In this document: positions 1 to 12,223 of the stretch, in pieces
Layout: the number at the start of each line of letters is the position of its first letter
Position numbering within the stretch: position 1 is the stretch's first letter
NCBI GenBank assembly: GCA_008632985.1
Contig: QPGO01000004.1
Location: 991,639-1,011,638, forward strand
Source of the DNA: Psammoneis japonica
Taxonomy: Eukaryota
DNA length: 20,000 nt
Reading direction: 5' to 3'
Translations under genes and position numbers: made by a program
The notes under the pieces: generated by a model
What the model was told of the DNA's origin: nothing
Database searches by the model: none
What the model saw: only the letters and a program-made list of their open reading frames with translations

Positions 1-27
1 CAGATGCCTCGAACAAGAGTTCCTCAC

Positions 28-383
28 CTTTTGCCAACTCCATTTGACCCCCACGGTTTCTCGCGATATGCCATAATTTCCCTTGGGAGGTTCGTTCTAA
101 GCCCTTGATACATAGGACGAGAAGGATCGTTTCGGATATGATGCCACACACCACCTGACCACAACTCTTTCTCCAGTACCAACGGTTCAATGCCGTTCCT
201 CGACAAGACCCGAGCCGCAGCTAAACCTGCAGCTCCGCCACCTATTACAGCGACCTTCAAGGAGGAAGACGATGCACTCATTTTCAACCGACTTTCCTCG
301 CCGAGACTTGAAAAACTGACGGCGGGAGAAATAAACAACGCCAATGAGAACAGCAAACAGCAGCCGATGACTGTTCTTCTCAT
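28..383 (-). CDS. Flavin-containing monooxygenase (FMO GS-OX-like), exon 1; the gene continues beyond the window start
   Basis: FAD-binding motif KVAVIGGGAAGLAAA, then LVLEK..GGVW and MYQGLRTNLPREIMAY, which is the typical FMO N-terminus. The ORF 'stop' overlaps a splice donor AG|GTGAG starting at 27. The N-terminal hydrophobic signal ends in AVS-F and is followed by a Ser-rich stretch. Confidence 0.9.
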
Positions 384-707
384 TCGCCGGTATCTTCAAT
401 GTCTTGGAGGAATCACGACACCGTACTCAGCACCCCTAAAACAACTGATCCCCGGATAAACCAACAAAAGAGCGCAATCTCATCAACTCCTTTGTGGATT
501 CAATTCTTTTCCCTTTTTTTTAGAACACGAGCGACTACGAGAGAGGATAATCTCGACCAACTTGGAACTTGAAACTGCTCATCGAGTGCGTGTTTTATTT
601 GGCGGGAGTTTGGTCGGTACCGGTACACTGTAAGTTACTGTACGGTAGGTCCGAAATCCTTACTGACGGACGACGGCAAGTCCAATCGTGCTTACGATTC
701 ATACATA

Positions 708-860
708 CATTCATTCGTCCCGTCCGCGACCGACTTTCAATTCATTCGTCCCGCGACTTCGGCTCTCTAGATTATATCAACTACGATATCTTTTGCTCAT
801 TCATTCGTCCCGCGATCGACTTTCAATTTCATTCGACCCGCGACTTCGGCTATCAACTGC
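708..860. repeat. Nested direct repeat in the divergent intergenic region: 4 copies of TTCATTCG(T/A)CC(C)GCGA arranged as two units with ~90-bp period
   Basis: Core copies at 710, 741, 800 and 828. Each larger unit reads core-CGACTTTCAATT-core-CTTCGGCT...TATCAACT. Confidence 0.85.
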
Positions 861-1047
861 CTTTTGTTCATTTTGTTGCTCTCATAATTCAACCAGCAGC
901 AATCTGAACCACAGTTGAGGTTTCTACATCTTTCTTTGTTTTGGAATTTTGTAGCCGATCGTGAGAATGCCTTCCAGTCACCCAAACGGACCGCTTCGCG
1001 AACTTCTTTCAGCGCTTAGTGGAGAAAAACATCGCGAAGAGTCCACC

Positions 1048-1755
1048 ATGTCGGACAATCAAGAAGGTCAGGAAGAAGAGTCTCGCAAGACCGATGCAAG
1101 TGCAGGTGAGACTACTATGAGCGACTTGAAAAAGATTGTTGCCCATCTTAAAAAGCGAGATTGGGCATACTCGGTTGACGAGGACAGAGCCCTGGTTCGC
1201 ACTCAATACAATGGCGTGAACGGCATTTGCCCCGTTGTCATGGACCTAAAAGAAGAAGATCAAATCTTGATCGTATACGTCATTTGTCATACTAGGGTCC
1301 CTAGTGAAAGGCGTCTTGAGATTGCAGAATTCATAACACGTGCAAACTACGGTATTATGATTGGCAATTTTGAAATGGACTTTGCGGACGGAGAGATTCG
1401 TTACAAAGCATCAATCGAATACGTTGGAGGAAAGTTGGTGGAGAAGATGATTGATGAACTTATTGGTAAAAGTGCCTTTACGATGAATCGTTACCTACCG
1501 GGCATTATGAAAGTCATTTATGACGGCAGCATCACGGCAAAAGCGGCAATCGCCGAAATTGAGCCGAGGCAGTCAGCTGGAGATGCAGTTGCAGTTGCTG
1601 TGGCGGAGCTCTTGCAAGTTATCACGAGTGGCGGGACTTCCGGCGAGGATACCGTTGAGATGCCAGCTGTAGACATATCGGAAGAATCTACCCCGAGTAG
1701 CAATACGGAGGCCTCTGTAGTTGTTTTGGGTGATACTTCGCCGGAGGAAGAATAA
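1048..1755 (+). CDS. YbjN-domain protein (putative bacterial sensory transduction regulator family), intronless, with acidic disordered termini
   Basis: ATG at 1048 (CCACCATGT) is in frame with ORF 961..1755. The motif RRLEIAEFITRANYGIMIGNFEMDFADGEIRYKASI is characteristic of YbjN-family proteins. Confidence 0.85.
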   Translation: MSDNQEGQEEESRKTDASAGETTMSDLKKIVAHLKKRDWAYSVDEDRALVRTQYNGVNGICPVVMDLKEEDQILIVYVICHTRVPSERRLEIAEFITRANYGIMIGNFEMDFADGEIRYKASIEYVGGKLVEKMIDELIGKSAFTMNRYLPGIMKVIYDGSITAKAAIAEIEPRQSAGDAVAVAVAELLQVITSGGTSGEDTVEMPAVDISEESTPSSNTEASVVVLGDTSPEEE

Positions 1756-2047
1756 GCTTGACAGATTAAGGAAGTACTAGAGTTACACGCGTTACGTCGG
1801 ATTTCCATTGTAGAATAGTGTAAAGATTGCTTTGCCAAAGGCCATCAGGAGTTCACGGTCATTGAGAAGAATGCATCACCTGTCTCAGAAAAAAAAGATC
1901 GAGATATATCGGTGACGCTACCACCGTTGTACTAAGGTGACAGCACCCCGCTGAAATGCTTCACACTCGCACGTAGACGTGCGGTGAATAGAGCAGAGAA
2001 CTCGACCAGGTAGGAGGCGTTGTCGCTGACGCACGCACCAAAAGGTA

Positions 2048-4900
2048 TCAAAAATAACCCGAGGTCCAGAGGAGAGACGCCAGCTCTTCGCCGAAGAAAA
2101 GGGCAACAGCGCTGTTGAACAGGTCATCGGAGTAAGACGAGCTCGATGGGGTGATTGAGCCGCGTCCTCGCTGTTCCGACACGCCAACTTGGTACCGGCT
2201 CTTAAGCAAAGGCATCAAGGGGCTTTGTGGCCGCAAGCCAAAAGTTTTCTTCAATTTACTTAAAAACTGGAATTCATCGTCATCTACGAAGCTCTTCAAG
2301 CTGATCAAGCGAGTCTCGGCTCCAGACGATTTCACTTTCTTGCTCGCGGTCATCACATTCTCTCCAAGGAAAAGCCTATCGACACCCAAGTTAGACAACA
2401 TGTCATCCATGAAGGCGTGAATGTCTTCGTCACTATTCCCTCTGGATCTTCGTAGGTTCCATCTAGATTCTTCTTCTTTAACCATGACAATCAACCACAT
2501 GAATTCATTCAGCCGCGCCACATGATGAACAGAAGAGCCCGAGGAGCGTCGTACAGCGGGAGGAGAACCTACGTCTTTGCTGGGAACTGCATCAGATACC
2601 CAAGGCATTGATAACGGGGATTTTGGAGGAGACGCGCCTCCGGCGTTGCTTTTGCCGTCAGAACCTGCACCCACCACAATGCTCCCTTGCGAAGGAGGAT
2701 CGGATGGTCGAAACATTTGTATTTTGTTTGTATAGGAAGTTTCAACCAAGGATTCGCTTGTCTCAACAGAACTCGGGAGCATCACCTTTGCCAGACTAGG
2801 CACAAGAGTGTCCCACTCCACATAAGGCCATGAGGGCGATCCTGAGTCTGGTGGGTATTCAAGAACGTTCGTGCGGGCGTCTTTACGCTTTCTAATCTTT
2901 GGGGTCCCACCATCAACAGACCAAGACAGTCGTAAACCCGAAGCGTGGTCCTCGTCTTCTGAGACGTCACGTCTACTTGAGTTTTTAAGAATCTTTTGTG
3001 AGGGTCGAAATGCACCGGATGCAATACCCAACTTGCCTCTTACTCCAGAAGACAATGTGCCCGGGCCGCTAGAACTACAGTGAACAGTTGTTCTCATGTA
3101 GACTGCAGGAAACTGCTCCGTCAATGTTTCTATGTGTCGCCCTTCGTTTTCGAAACCGCGACCAACGTGATAACAAGATGCTTGAACTGCGTCTATAACA
3201 AGGCCGACAGCCATTGGTGATCCGCCTTGGCGACGTATAAACTCTAGAGTTGCGGAATCAAAATCATGAACCAATCCAAGCCTTTCTGAGGAATCGTTCA
3301 GGTTTTTCAGGGCCATCTCCGTCTTGTCGAAACCATATAGAGGAGAACAAAACGCATCGATTCTGTCGAAGAATATCTGCATCACACACAAGAGATGTTC
3401 TAGTGTGCTACGAAACCACATTTGAAGGGTCGTCGAAGCGTTCTTTCGCATGTGAGCCTTGAGAACATTTGCATTCACAACGGTTTCCATAAAGCTTGTG
3501 TCGAAAATAGTAAAAACATTATGTTTCAACACAAAAAAGCAAATGGTAAGAAAGATCAATAACTCAAAGGAGAAGATGTAAGCAAGTACGACGGCTCATT
3601 GGACCGCCGTAAAATCGATACAAGCGTTTCAGACTCATTCAACACTGACCACCCCATGTTCCGGCCAAATATCACAGCAGCGTCACTAGACATACATTTT
3701 GCACATCTGTCGGTTGCAAGAGTGAGAGCGACAAGAAGGGGGCGTCTGCGAAGAACTTGAAAGAAGTGCATGTTTCTCGGCCACAATGAGTGCTTTTTGA
3801 CTGCAATGACTATTCTACGCAAGGTTGATTTGAGAACCCATGAACAAGTCGATCAAAGGTCTCACAGTATACCATGCGGTTCTCGACGAGACGTGACGAA
3901 ACAATGCTCCTTACCTACAACGTTGCAAATGATAAGCCGTTGCCAGTGCAGCAGCCATGGCCTTGGTTTCAGACTTAATACTCTGAATCATCATCATTAC
4001 AGCTTCACAAGCCTGGCTGCTGCCGGTAGATTCGGGGAGGTTCTTGAGTAGCGAACGACATCGCACAGAGAGCTCCAACAAATCTTTCTCCTTGGAAGCG
4101 AGAAAAATGTCGTGATGCAACATGAGCAGTTCTCGTCTTACACTCGTGACAACCATGAAAGTGTCAAGCGCACCGGCGAGAGACAATGCAGCCTTATTCG
4201 ACATGATATGTGTAGATAGTTCGGAATGCTTTTCAGCGCTGCGTGTATCCATCTCAGGTTCGCTGCCCATAAATGGCTTGCACAGTGTCTCCTTTACAAT
4301 TACGAGATCATTTTCAATTTTCTGATAGAGTGACAGCAGTTTGTTACTAGCTCCATACTGTTCCATGTCAAGCACGTGCTCCATTTTGGCATAGATAGCT
4401 TCGGCTCCGGCAAGCAACATGAGAGGCGAAACGTATTTCTGACACTCTCCTTCAATCGCTCTTTCCGACGCGGTGCTTCTGGGAGAGGCTGGAGAAGGTG
4501 GTGTGTTTGTCGGAGTTGACGCAGAAGAAGGGCTACTCGTCGGAGACGATGCAGTCATGACTGTTGCTTCGAGTACTGCAGATGCCGCAGCAGCGTTCTT
4601 CACCGTTGGATCTACCAATTTCTCACAATAGCTTTGTATGCAATCATCCAGCCGAATCAGCAGCAATGTCAAGAAAGGAGTCCGTCGCAAGAGAGGACGG
4701 TGCTTCTTAGAAGATGCCGGCTGTGCCGTCCTGTCCTTTTGCCGGTGCTGTGGGGTCAGCAACCAACCAGGAGCCCAGGCAGAAACACCACCTCGTTTGT
4801 CGGCATCGTCATCACTCGATGAGGTGCGAAAAACTCGGGGCACTGATCTTGATCGAGCAGCTGCCCTGCGCCATGGCGACTGACTTCTTCGAGAAGCCAT
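2048..4900 (-). CDS. KICS2: KICS2/C12orf66 (KICSTOR subunit 2)-like protein; exons 4900-3915 and 3494-2048, intron 3495-3914, ~810 aa
   Basis: Donor AG|GTAAG at 3914 and acceptor ACAAG|C at 3495 join the two ORFs in frame (..HLQRC-S-FMETVVN..). Collinear motifs resemble C12orf66 as I recall it: LLAGAEAIY, LLSLYQKIENDL, LQMWFRSTLEHLL, DFDSATLEFIRR..VGLVID, GRGF, EQFPAVY, HHVARLNEFMWLIVMV, DEDIHAFMDDM. Confidence 0.65.
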
Positions 4901-5350
4901 CGCTCTACTGAGTTACAGGGAAGAGAGTTTCACTTCGTCGATGCGAGCATCCCGTTGCTCTAGACGAGAGCAGAACTTCATGGTCAAACACAAATCACAC
5001 CCGCAAGTTTGGAAGTTGCGTTCGAGTGGAAGGTGGAACGTACGACGGTTGGACCGGAAGTTCTCACCAACATGATCATGGAATATGGAATGCCAATTCT
5101 CGTCGTTTTTAAAATACAGCCCATAAACTACAGTACTGAAGAATGTGTACGTAGAAGCACCAGTGAGTCTACAGCGATAACATTGAATAAATTACGGTAT
5201 GGACATATTTATATAATCTCGTATGAGGTACGACTTCAGGCACGTGCGTAGAGCACAGTAGGAGGTCCACGTGCCAGCAAAATCGCCGCTTGTCTGTTTG
5301 CTTTTACATTTCCTGGCAAAGCCACCACATTTTCCGTGCAAAACACGACC

Positions 5351-8300
5351 ATGGCAAAGCCTGATAGTTCACCCGCTCAACAGAGCGAAGAAGACGAAGA
5401 CAGATGGATAAGACAGCAGCTATCCGAAAGCAACCCGTCACCTGTGCGTTTTAAGCGTTTGAAGCCTCGATTGGGCTCGAACTTTCAGACAAAGGTTGCA
5501 AAGAACCCACTCAAGTCTTTTGTGTCGTCTCGACCTCTGCCGATTCGCATGTCGGCTGAAATGCCTTTCGCTACAGAACAAGAAGTGATTTCTGGGACAA
5601 AACGATCGTTAGGTGAGTCATATTTGTCACTTCTGTGTAAATTTCTGTTTTACTCGCCTGGAACGATCCTACTTGTCCATCTGTATGTTTTGCCTCGCCC
5701 TCGCGGTCAGCGAACCCGTGACTTCGTTATTTTTCTGCCATGGATGGCGAAGACGCCGAGATACCCGGCATAAGTTCGATGCTTCCACCCACTTGTGATG
5801 ATAGTATCACAATGAGCTTTGCCTCGGCTTTAGACTGTCAAAACGCGTCCCCGGACCCATGCCTTCTTTCGTTGCTGCGTTTCTTCTTCCACGTCTTCAG
5901 CGGTACATTTGCGACGTAGCAGATAGTTCTCCCGCTCTTTCGACTTTCAAGACGTTGTTTCTTGCTGTTGCTCCGCCCATGTGTTGATTCCCTTACTTAC
6001 ACTCGTTCTACGGTGTTTCTCGGTTGTTTGTTTGCCACAGACGCCTCCACCGTCGATTCCAATCCGGCTCATCGTCGTGGTGTACACAAAGGTACCAAAC
6101 GTACCCATGACCGACCACCAACCAAACGTGGTGGATTATGTGTTCACCGTCGTAGTTCAGCCAAAGACGCTGATACAAACGACTTTATGCACCTATGCCA
6201 GCGTTTGCTGCGCCCGTCGCACCCAGAGAAGGATGTGTTTGCGGCTGAGGAAGCTTGGAAACAAGAAATGATTAGCCACTACGGGGCATCATCCCAGCCT
6301 TCCCGTCGAGGCAGTGGCGGAGTCGTCACTTCCACCAAGCGTGGTCGCAAGGTACGAAAGCGAAAGTTTGATGACAGTGACGGTGACGAGTCCGTCGCCA
6401 AGGAAGAACCGCAATGGACATTTCTGTCTCGACCAACGAATTCTCATCGACAGCTGCCCGCGACAAGTTCAGAGGATGACCCAAACATTCTCGAGTACCT
6501 CCATCTGCAACATCAAGGCAATGCGGAGATGGCTCGCTTGGCAGTACTTGTGGACATGTCGACAGGTCGGGCATCGAAAGCACGGAAATCTGAAAGGAAA
6601 CACTTACACTCTGAGCGCTTCAAGCAGCCGCTCCTCTCTTCCTCCGACTCGTGGAGGAAGAGGTTTGAACGTACTTTTCCTACCATGCTTGGGACCTTCG
6701 GGAAGACTCTTCTCAGCCTTGCGCATATCCTTATGCAGAGTCGTCGTCTTTATTGGAACCCTCCTGTCACCAGGCTACCGCCATTCCTATGTTCTCAGAG
6801 TCTGTCGACGACATAAAGGCATTTGGAGATCGGTGCTCGCTTACGGACAAACCATGGAACGTTCCATGGATGCAAACGACGATAGCACGAAGCGATACTA
6901 CATGTCAGAGGTGCTGACTTTTGTTAGAAATGCCTACGGCTTACAAATCCCAGAAGAGTCCTTTGGGCAAGACACGTGGTTGTTGAACAAATCTCTCTCT
7001 GCCTGCACGCCATTTTAGATCATGTGTCGAAAGCTCGAGACGTACAGGCGAAGCTAATGGACAAGATGCATGACGAAGACGGAACAGGGGTAGATCTAGA
7101 TGGGATTAAAAGTTTTTTGGAAGAGGCAGATACCAAGTTATCAATCAAGCTGGACGTATCAAAAACTCTTCACCGACTTCTCGAGCTTTCGACTGACTGG
7201 CAAGGCCGGCTAGATAGGATTTTGGCCGAAACTAATAATGACCAGACCGAGAACATGGAGACCACTAAAATTTCGAAAGAGAGCCTGGACACGGCTGAAG
7301 AGCTGGTATCAGAAGCCAAGGGGCACGGACTGAGATCCCAGAGCTTGGTTCTCCTTGAGCAAAAGATCGACAGGGCTTATCGTCTAAGGGATCGCATCAC
7401 TGTCTTCAGTGAATCGCACACTAATGGCAGCAAGGACAGCATTAAGGTCCTCATGTCAATGGTTCGCGAAGCAAATCGATTGGACCTGGCATTTCCTGAA
7501 ATGACACAACTATTGAGTTTTCATCAATCCGTCCAGGAATGGATTGATCGTGCCAACATTGCGATCCGCTCTCGAATGGCCTTGCCTGAGATAGAAACAC
7601 TCATAGAGAAGGGCGAGTTAATGCCAATTGATCTCTCTGAATATCTCGAGAAACTACGATCGAGAGTACGCCTTGCCCACGAATGGATAGAAGAGTTGAA
7701 GCATGAAGTTCCATGCCCGTACCTGCCTTCAACGGAGGCTGATGCAGTTGCGAAGATTGACAAACTTGCTTGGATGAAAAGAATGCGTGAAGCGCTGCGA
7801 AACGTGCAAAGCGGAAACCGAGGCGTCCTTCTTGATTTGGCTTCAGAGGGAAGTCGTATCCCTGTTGAAATAGACTCCGTCAAAATGCTCCAGCTTGAGA
7901 TCGATTCCAAGAATTGGAGTCTCAAGGGGAGAAAGTGGATACCTCAAGTGTGCAACAACGGGGACGTTTCCACAGCGAAAAAGGGGAAGCTCGAGGACTT
8001 ACGCGAACACTATGCCAAGGCCGTTGCTCTGAGAGAAAGACTTGTTCTGTCGGCAGAAGAAAGCAAACAGTGGTCGTCGGAAGGCGAAGCGGAGCTAGAA
8101 TCCATTCTGGATGCTGCGGACAAATGGTTCGAATCTGTAAGAAGCTGCTTTGTATGATTTGAGATCAAATCTTTTTTCTCGCCTACTAACCATTTCTTTT
8201 CTGTTCCTGTCCGCCAGTATCTCGATTACTTGGACGGAGACAATCGGCGGAATCAAGCTCGCAAGCGCATATCGATTGCCACGCTGAGGCAGGTCGTGGA

Positions 8301-11300
8301 CGAAGCGGATAAAATCCATGCAAACATTGGAAATGCTTCTGGGAAGGCCGCACGAATACTTGCCCAGGCTGAAAGCTGGTATGAAAGGCACTACGGTCTT
8401 CTCGTTCGTTGCGGCTTGCGCAAAGCAAAAGATTCCGATTGCCACGTCCCGTCGACGAAACAGCTGGTTTCTGTATCAGAGCTGTCGATGGCGGTGGCTG
8501 AGGCAGCGTCCGAAGTCTCGATGGATTTGGAGGAAGCATTGGAACTGAGTCGTCTGGCGGACAAAATTGAAAAGTGGTTCGAAAGATCTTCCGTTGCAGC
8601 ACCCAAGAGGAGTAAGAGAAGCGTAAAAGGAAAGTTCTCGAGAACGACAAGGTTTTTTCTGGAAGAAGTTGTTTCACTTATCAAGGAGTCTCGGGATCTA
8701 CCTGTAGATACAACAGAAGATCTAGATCGGCTGAAGCTTCAGTTAAGTTTGGCTCAGACATGGAGGTTACAGGCACACATCGACTTGAATGAGATTGCTT
8801 GTGCATTCTCGAAGCTTCGCGAGGTTGTCTTACAGTCATTCGGTAATCCAACTGATTTCCTGAGCGACGAGTCAAGAGTGATGGAGGATTCTGAAGCAGG
8901 CACTTCGGATGAAGACACCACGATGGAGTGCCAAGAAGGAAGTGTTGCGTCTTTGGAATGCGGCGAGGCTATCGGTGGGCGACTTCACAACCCGAAGATG
9001 CATCACCATCAGATTCTGCGTTGAGTGTTGGTTCCGAGCAGGACGCTGCAATTCAACGACGAGTACACGGAGACGTCAGTGTGCACAAAATGATTGATGG
9101 CACTCTGAAGGGGGCACGGAGCATTGGAGTTTACACTGCCGAAGAAAATGTGCTGGAAGTCTTGCAAAAGATATCTAAGTGGTTCGTCCGTTCGGTTCGT
9201 TATCTCAGTTCCCCAAAAGAGGTGTACGAAAGGAAGTACTTCACCATCTTTGATCAGTTTATCGAAACAGGAAGACGCCTTTTCCAAATGAGCAAGAATG
9301 GTCAGGACGAGTTGTGGAGCAAAGTTGATAATGCAGAGTTAATGCAATATCTGAACTCGAGCTGGGGTGAATTGTTGTCTGATCAACTCGTCCGCCTCTC
9401 CATGTTGCAGTCTCACCGTGATGAGTTTATCGCCTGGTCTGCAGAGGCGTCGGAAACGATATCATCTACGGAAAAGAAAGTCACGTTGCAGAATTTAATG
9501 AAGCTTTCGGAACGAAGTCTGAGCTATCCTGCTGGTAAGTCGCGATATTGCTTACGACAGTTTCTTTTTTTTTTCTTTCGAGGGCGTCTCTCATCCACTT
9601 TTTAATTCTCTAAAGCTACGGATATGGTCCAGAAGGTTCGGAACCTGTGTAAACGAGCCACAGCATGGGCAGCTTCGACCAAAGAGCTCCTGGAATCCGA
9701 CAAGAAGCTTTCCATGCAGGAAGCAAAGGAAGTGTTTGATGAAGGAGACAAGCTTAATGTATCCAGTGACGAGTTGAAGAAGCTGCGTCACGCTCTTCGA
9801 GCGGCGCGAAGCTGGGCTGCAAGAGTTAAGAGAAGCAAATTGGACCAGGGTGGCGCTCATATAAGCGACGTCAAGGACTTAATTGAGGAACACGAGACGC
9901 TTCTCGTTTCCATGCCTGATCTCCTACACAAGCTTCATCAAGCGATGAAAAGTTATTGTATCTGTCGGCGCCCATACGAAGGTTTTATGATAGGATGCGA
10001 TTTTTGCGAAGAATGGTACCACTCCAATTGCATTGGAGTGTCTGAATCTCAGGCTGATCGATTCAATAAGTATACGTGTGTCAGGTGTTCGTTGCGCGAG
10101 TCTTCAAAGATAGCTCAGAATCTGTTGCTATGGTAATAAAAAAGTGGACGAATCCAAAGGAATTGAAAAAGTCGCGACAAACCGACTGGTCAAAGCATCA
10201 GCGTAAAGTGAGAAAAGAGAATAGAATTATCGAAAAGCTTGAACCTGAAATTGATATCCTCGAGCAATCACTGAAAAGTTTTGCCGCCCGCGAGAATTTT
10301 GGCGAAGAATCCTGTACGGACAAAGACTGCATCGCCGCTAACTTGCCACCTGATGTGTCGGCATCCCAAAGCCACATTCTCGTATCTATAAATGAGGGAG
10401 CTGGAATGTGCGATTCGATTCCGATTGCTCCATCTGGCAAGCGGACCCGAGATGAGAAAGATGTATCTGAAGGACACCATTCTACGAGCCACCCACCCGA
10501 AGAGCAATCTAAGGTTGAGCCAAAAGGCACCAAACTTAAGAAGGAAGGCTGCGATGCGGAAGGTGCGAAGCCGGTGACGGACAACAGAGCGAATGAAGCA
10601 GGTATGGCTATTTCTTCCATTGCGCCGTTACCACATTTCCAATTTCTTTCCTTGCATTATATCTCACTACTGTCATGTTTCACCGCAGCAGAAATTCGCG
10701 CTAAACTTGAGAAGGCAAAAGCGTCTGTTAAGGATTGCCTCTACCGCCTTGACATCCTGTCTAATAACGCGGCAGTTCTGAAAAGAAAAGAAAAGGAAGA
10801 AGACGAGAAGAGTTCTCTTCTTCAGAGCTGGTGTGTCAGAGTTTGCACATCAGTTCTCATTCCTACGATGGCTGAGCAGTCACAAAGAATTTTTCCTTCT
10901 ACAGATGGTTCAATGTCGACGCCCATGCTGTCAGTTTTACGAGAAGCTAATGATCTTGGTATTGGTCATTTTTCTGACGTATCTGCTGTGTCAAACTCGT
11001 TTGGTTGCATATCCTGGAGTTTGTGCGCAATGCGGATTCTGTCTAGACAGCCATCCATTGCTCAGGCTAACTCGTTGGTTGTACAGAGTTCTTCCATTAA
11101 GCTTCCAGACGAGAAATCGCTGCGGGTGGTGAAGTCCATGCTGCATCGAGCAGTTGCTTGGCGTTCGAAAGTAACACGCGCCCTGGCGCCTAAACCTGGA
11201 GAGAAAGAGCCATGCTGTGTTTCGACACTAAAAGAACTCCTTTCAGATGCTGATAACATTCCACTGATACTTTGTGAAAGAGTTCGCCTGCAAAGTGCCA

Positions 11301-12223
11301 TCGATGATAATGGTACTCGGCATTGCCTATGCGGTGGTCCAAGTGATGGAGGTTTGATGGTAGGGTGTGATGATTGCAACCGGTGGTTCCATACGCGCTG
11401 CGTCAATGTTCGAAAGGATGACAGCAAAGATACGCAGAAGTGGGTGTGTCCACCTTGTGGCGGGATAGAAGCATCAGGTACTACACGAAACTTTGCCGCG
11501 ACTGTCTCTGGGGATGTGGAGCCTCTCCCGGATTCGGCCCATGGTGACGTCGCTCCAAGCGCACCAGATCCGAATAAGTTGTGGCCACCTTTTGGCTTAT
11601 TCGGGTCGCCGGAAGCCCTCGAGATTCTAGGGAAAGAATGTTTGGATCGCATCTACGATATCCACAGCCGAAACAACCTTGCCCACAGTTCACAAACTAG
11701 TAGACCCATCCCTGACCATCGTGCGAGGACGAACGAGTTCGTGGAAGTAATTGGAGTGAAGCGGCCGGAAAACATGGTAGTCAAAGAACAGAAAAAGCTG
11801 ACTGCGTCTTCTGCGTTGCAAGCCGATTCACATCATCAAGTACACACGATATCTGAAGAGAGTGGAAATGAGGCTTCTTCAAAGGGCGACATCACGATCA
11901 GCGATGCCTCGTCTCGAGCAAGCTATGGAGTAGTTTCTGCGGAAGAGACCCTGTACCAACATGGGACTAAACAGAAACCTACGAACGAGTACACCATCGC
12001 CGAAAGCTGTCTTCGGGCCAAGGAAATGCTCGAAAAGGATGTTGCACCTAGTTTGAGTGCGAAAGATGACGTTGCTTCCAAGATCGCGGTTGCATCTGCT
12101 GACAATAGTTTTCAGAAGGCCACAGCGCATTTGATGGACACGAAATTAAGTTGTCTCAAAGAGCTCCCTTTGACAACGCGCTGGAGGTCCACCACAACCC
12201 CGCGCCTCAAATTAAAGAGTTGA
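5351..12223 (+). CDS. Large multi-exon chromatin protein: ELM2-like N-terminal motif, PLU-1-like helical repeats and two PHD fingers. Introns at 5613-6040, 8137-8217, 9535-9615 and probably 10602-10688. The frame is interrupted at several points.
   Basis: ATG at 5351; RLGSNFQTKV motif. GT-AG junctions keep frame (L-D at 5612/6041; S-Y at 8136/8218 with a CTACTAAC branch point; A-A-T-D-M at 9534/9616). Recurrent W-containing helices (DWQGRL, EWIDRA, EWIEEL, SWAARV, AWRSKV) resemble the KDM5/PLU-1 region. Two C4HC3 fingers are present. Confidence 0.8.
9954..10088 (+). other. PHD finger 1 coding segment
   Basis: YCICRRPYEGFMIGCDFCEEWYHSNCIGV...YTCVRC is a canonical C4HC3 finger with the Y, M and W residues typical of H3K4me3-binding PHDs. 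Confidence 0.93.
11321..11458 (+). other. PHD finger 2 coding segment
   Basis: HCLCGGPSDGGLMVGCDDCNRWFHTRCVNV...WVCPPC is a C4HC3 finger. Confidence 0.92.

Noticed and set aside
708..860. Mini CRISPR-like array
   Set aside because: The repeats are ~16 bp and the intervening sequences are themselves duplicated, so this is a nested tandem duplication.
5351..12223. Calling the PHD gene KDM5/JARID1, or treating its ORFs as separate genes
   Set aside because: No JmjC motifs are visible. The ORFs are joined by canonical introns or single-base frame breaks into one coherent protein.
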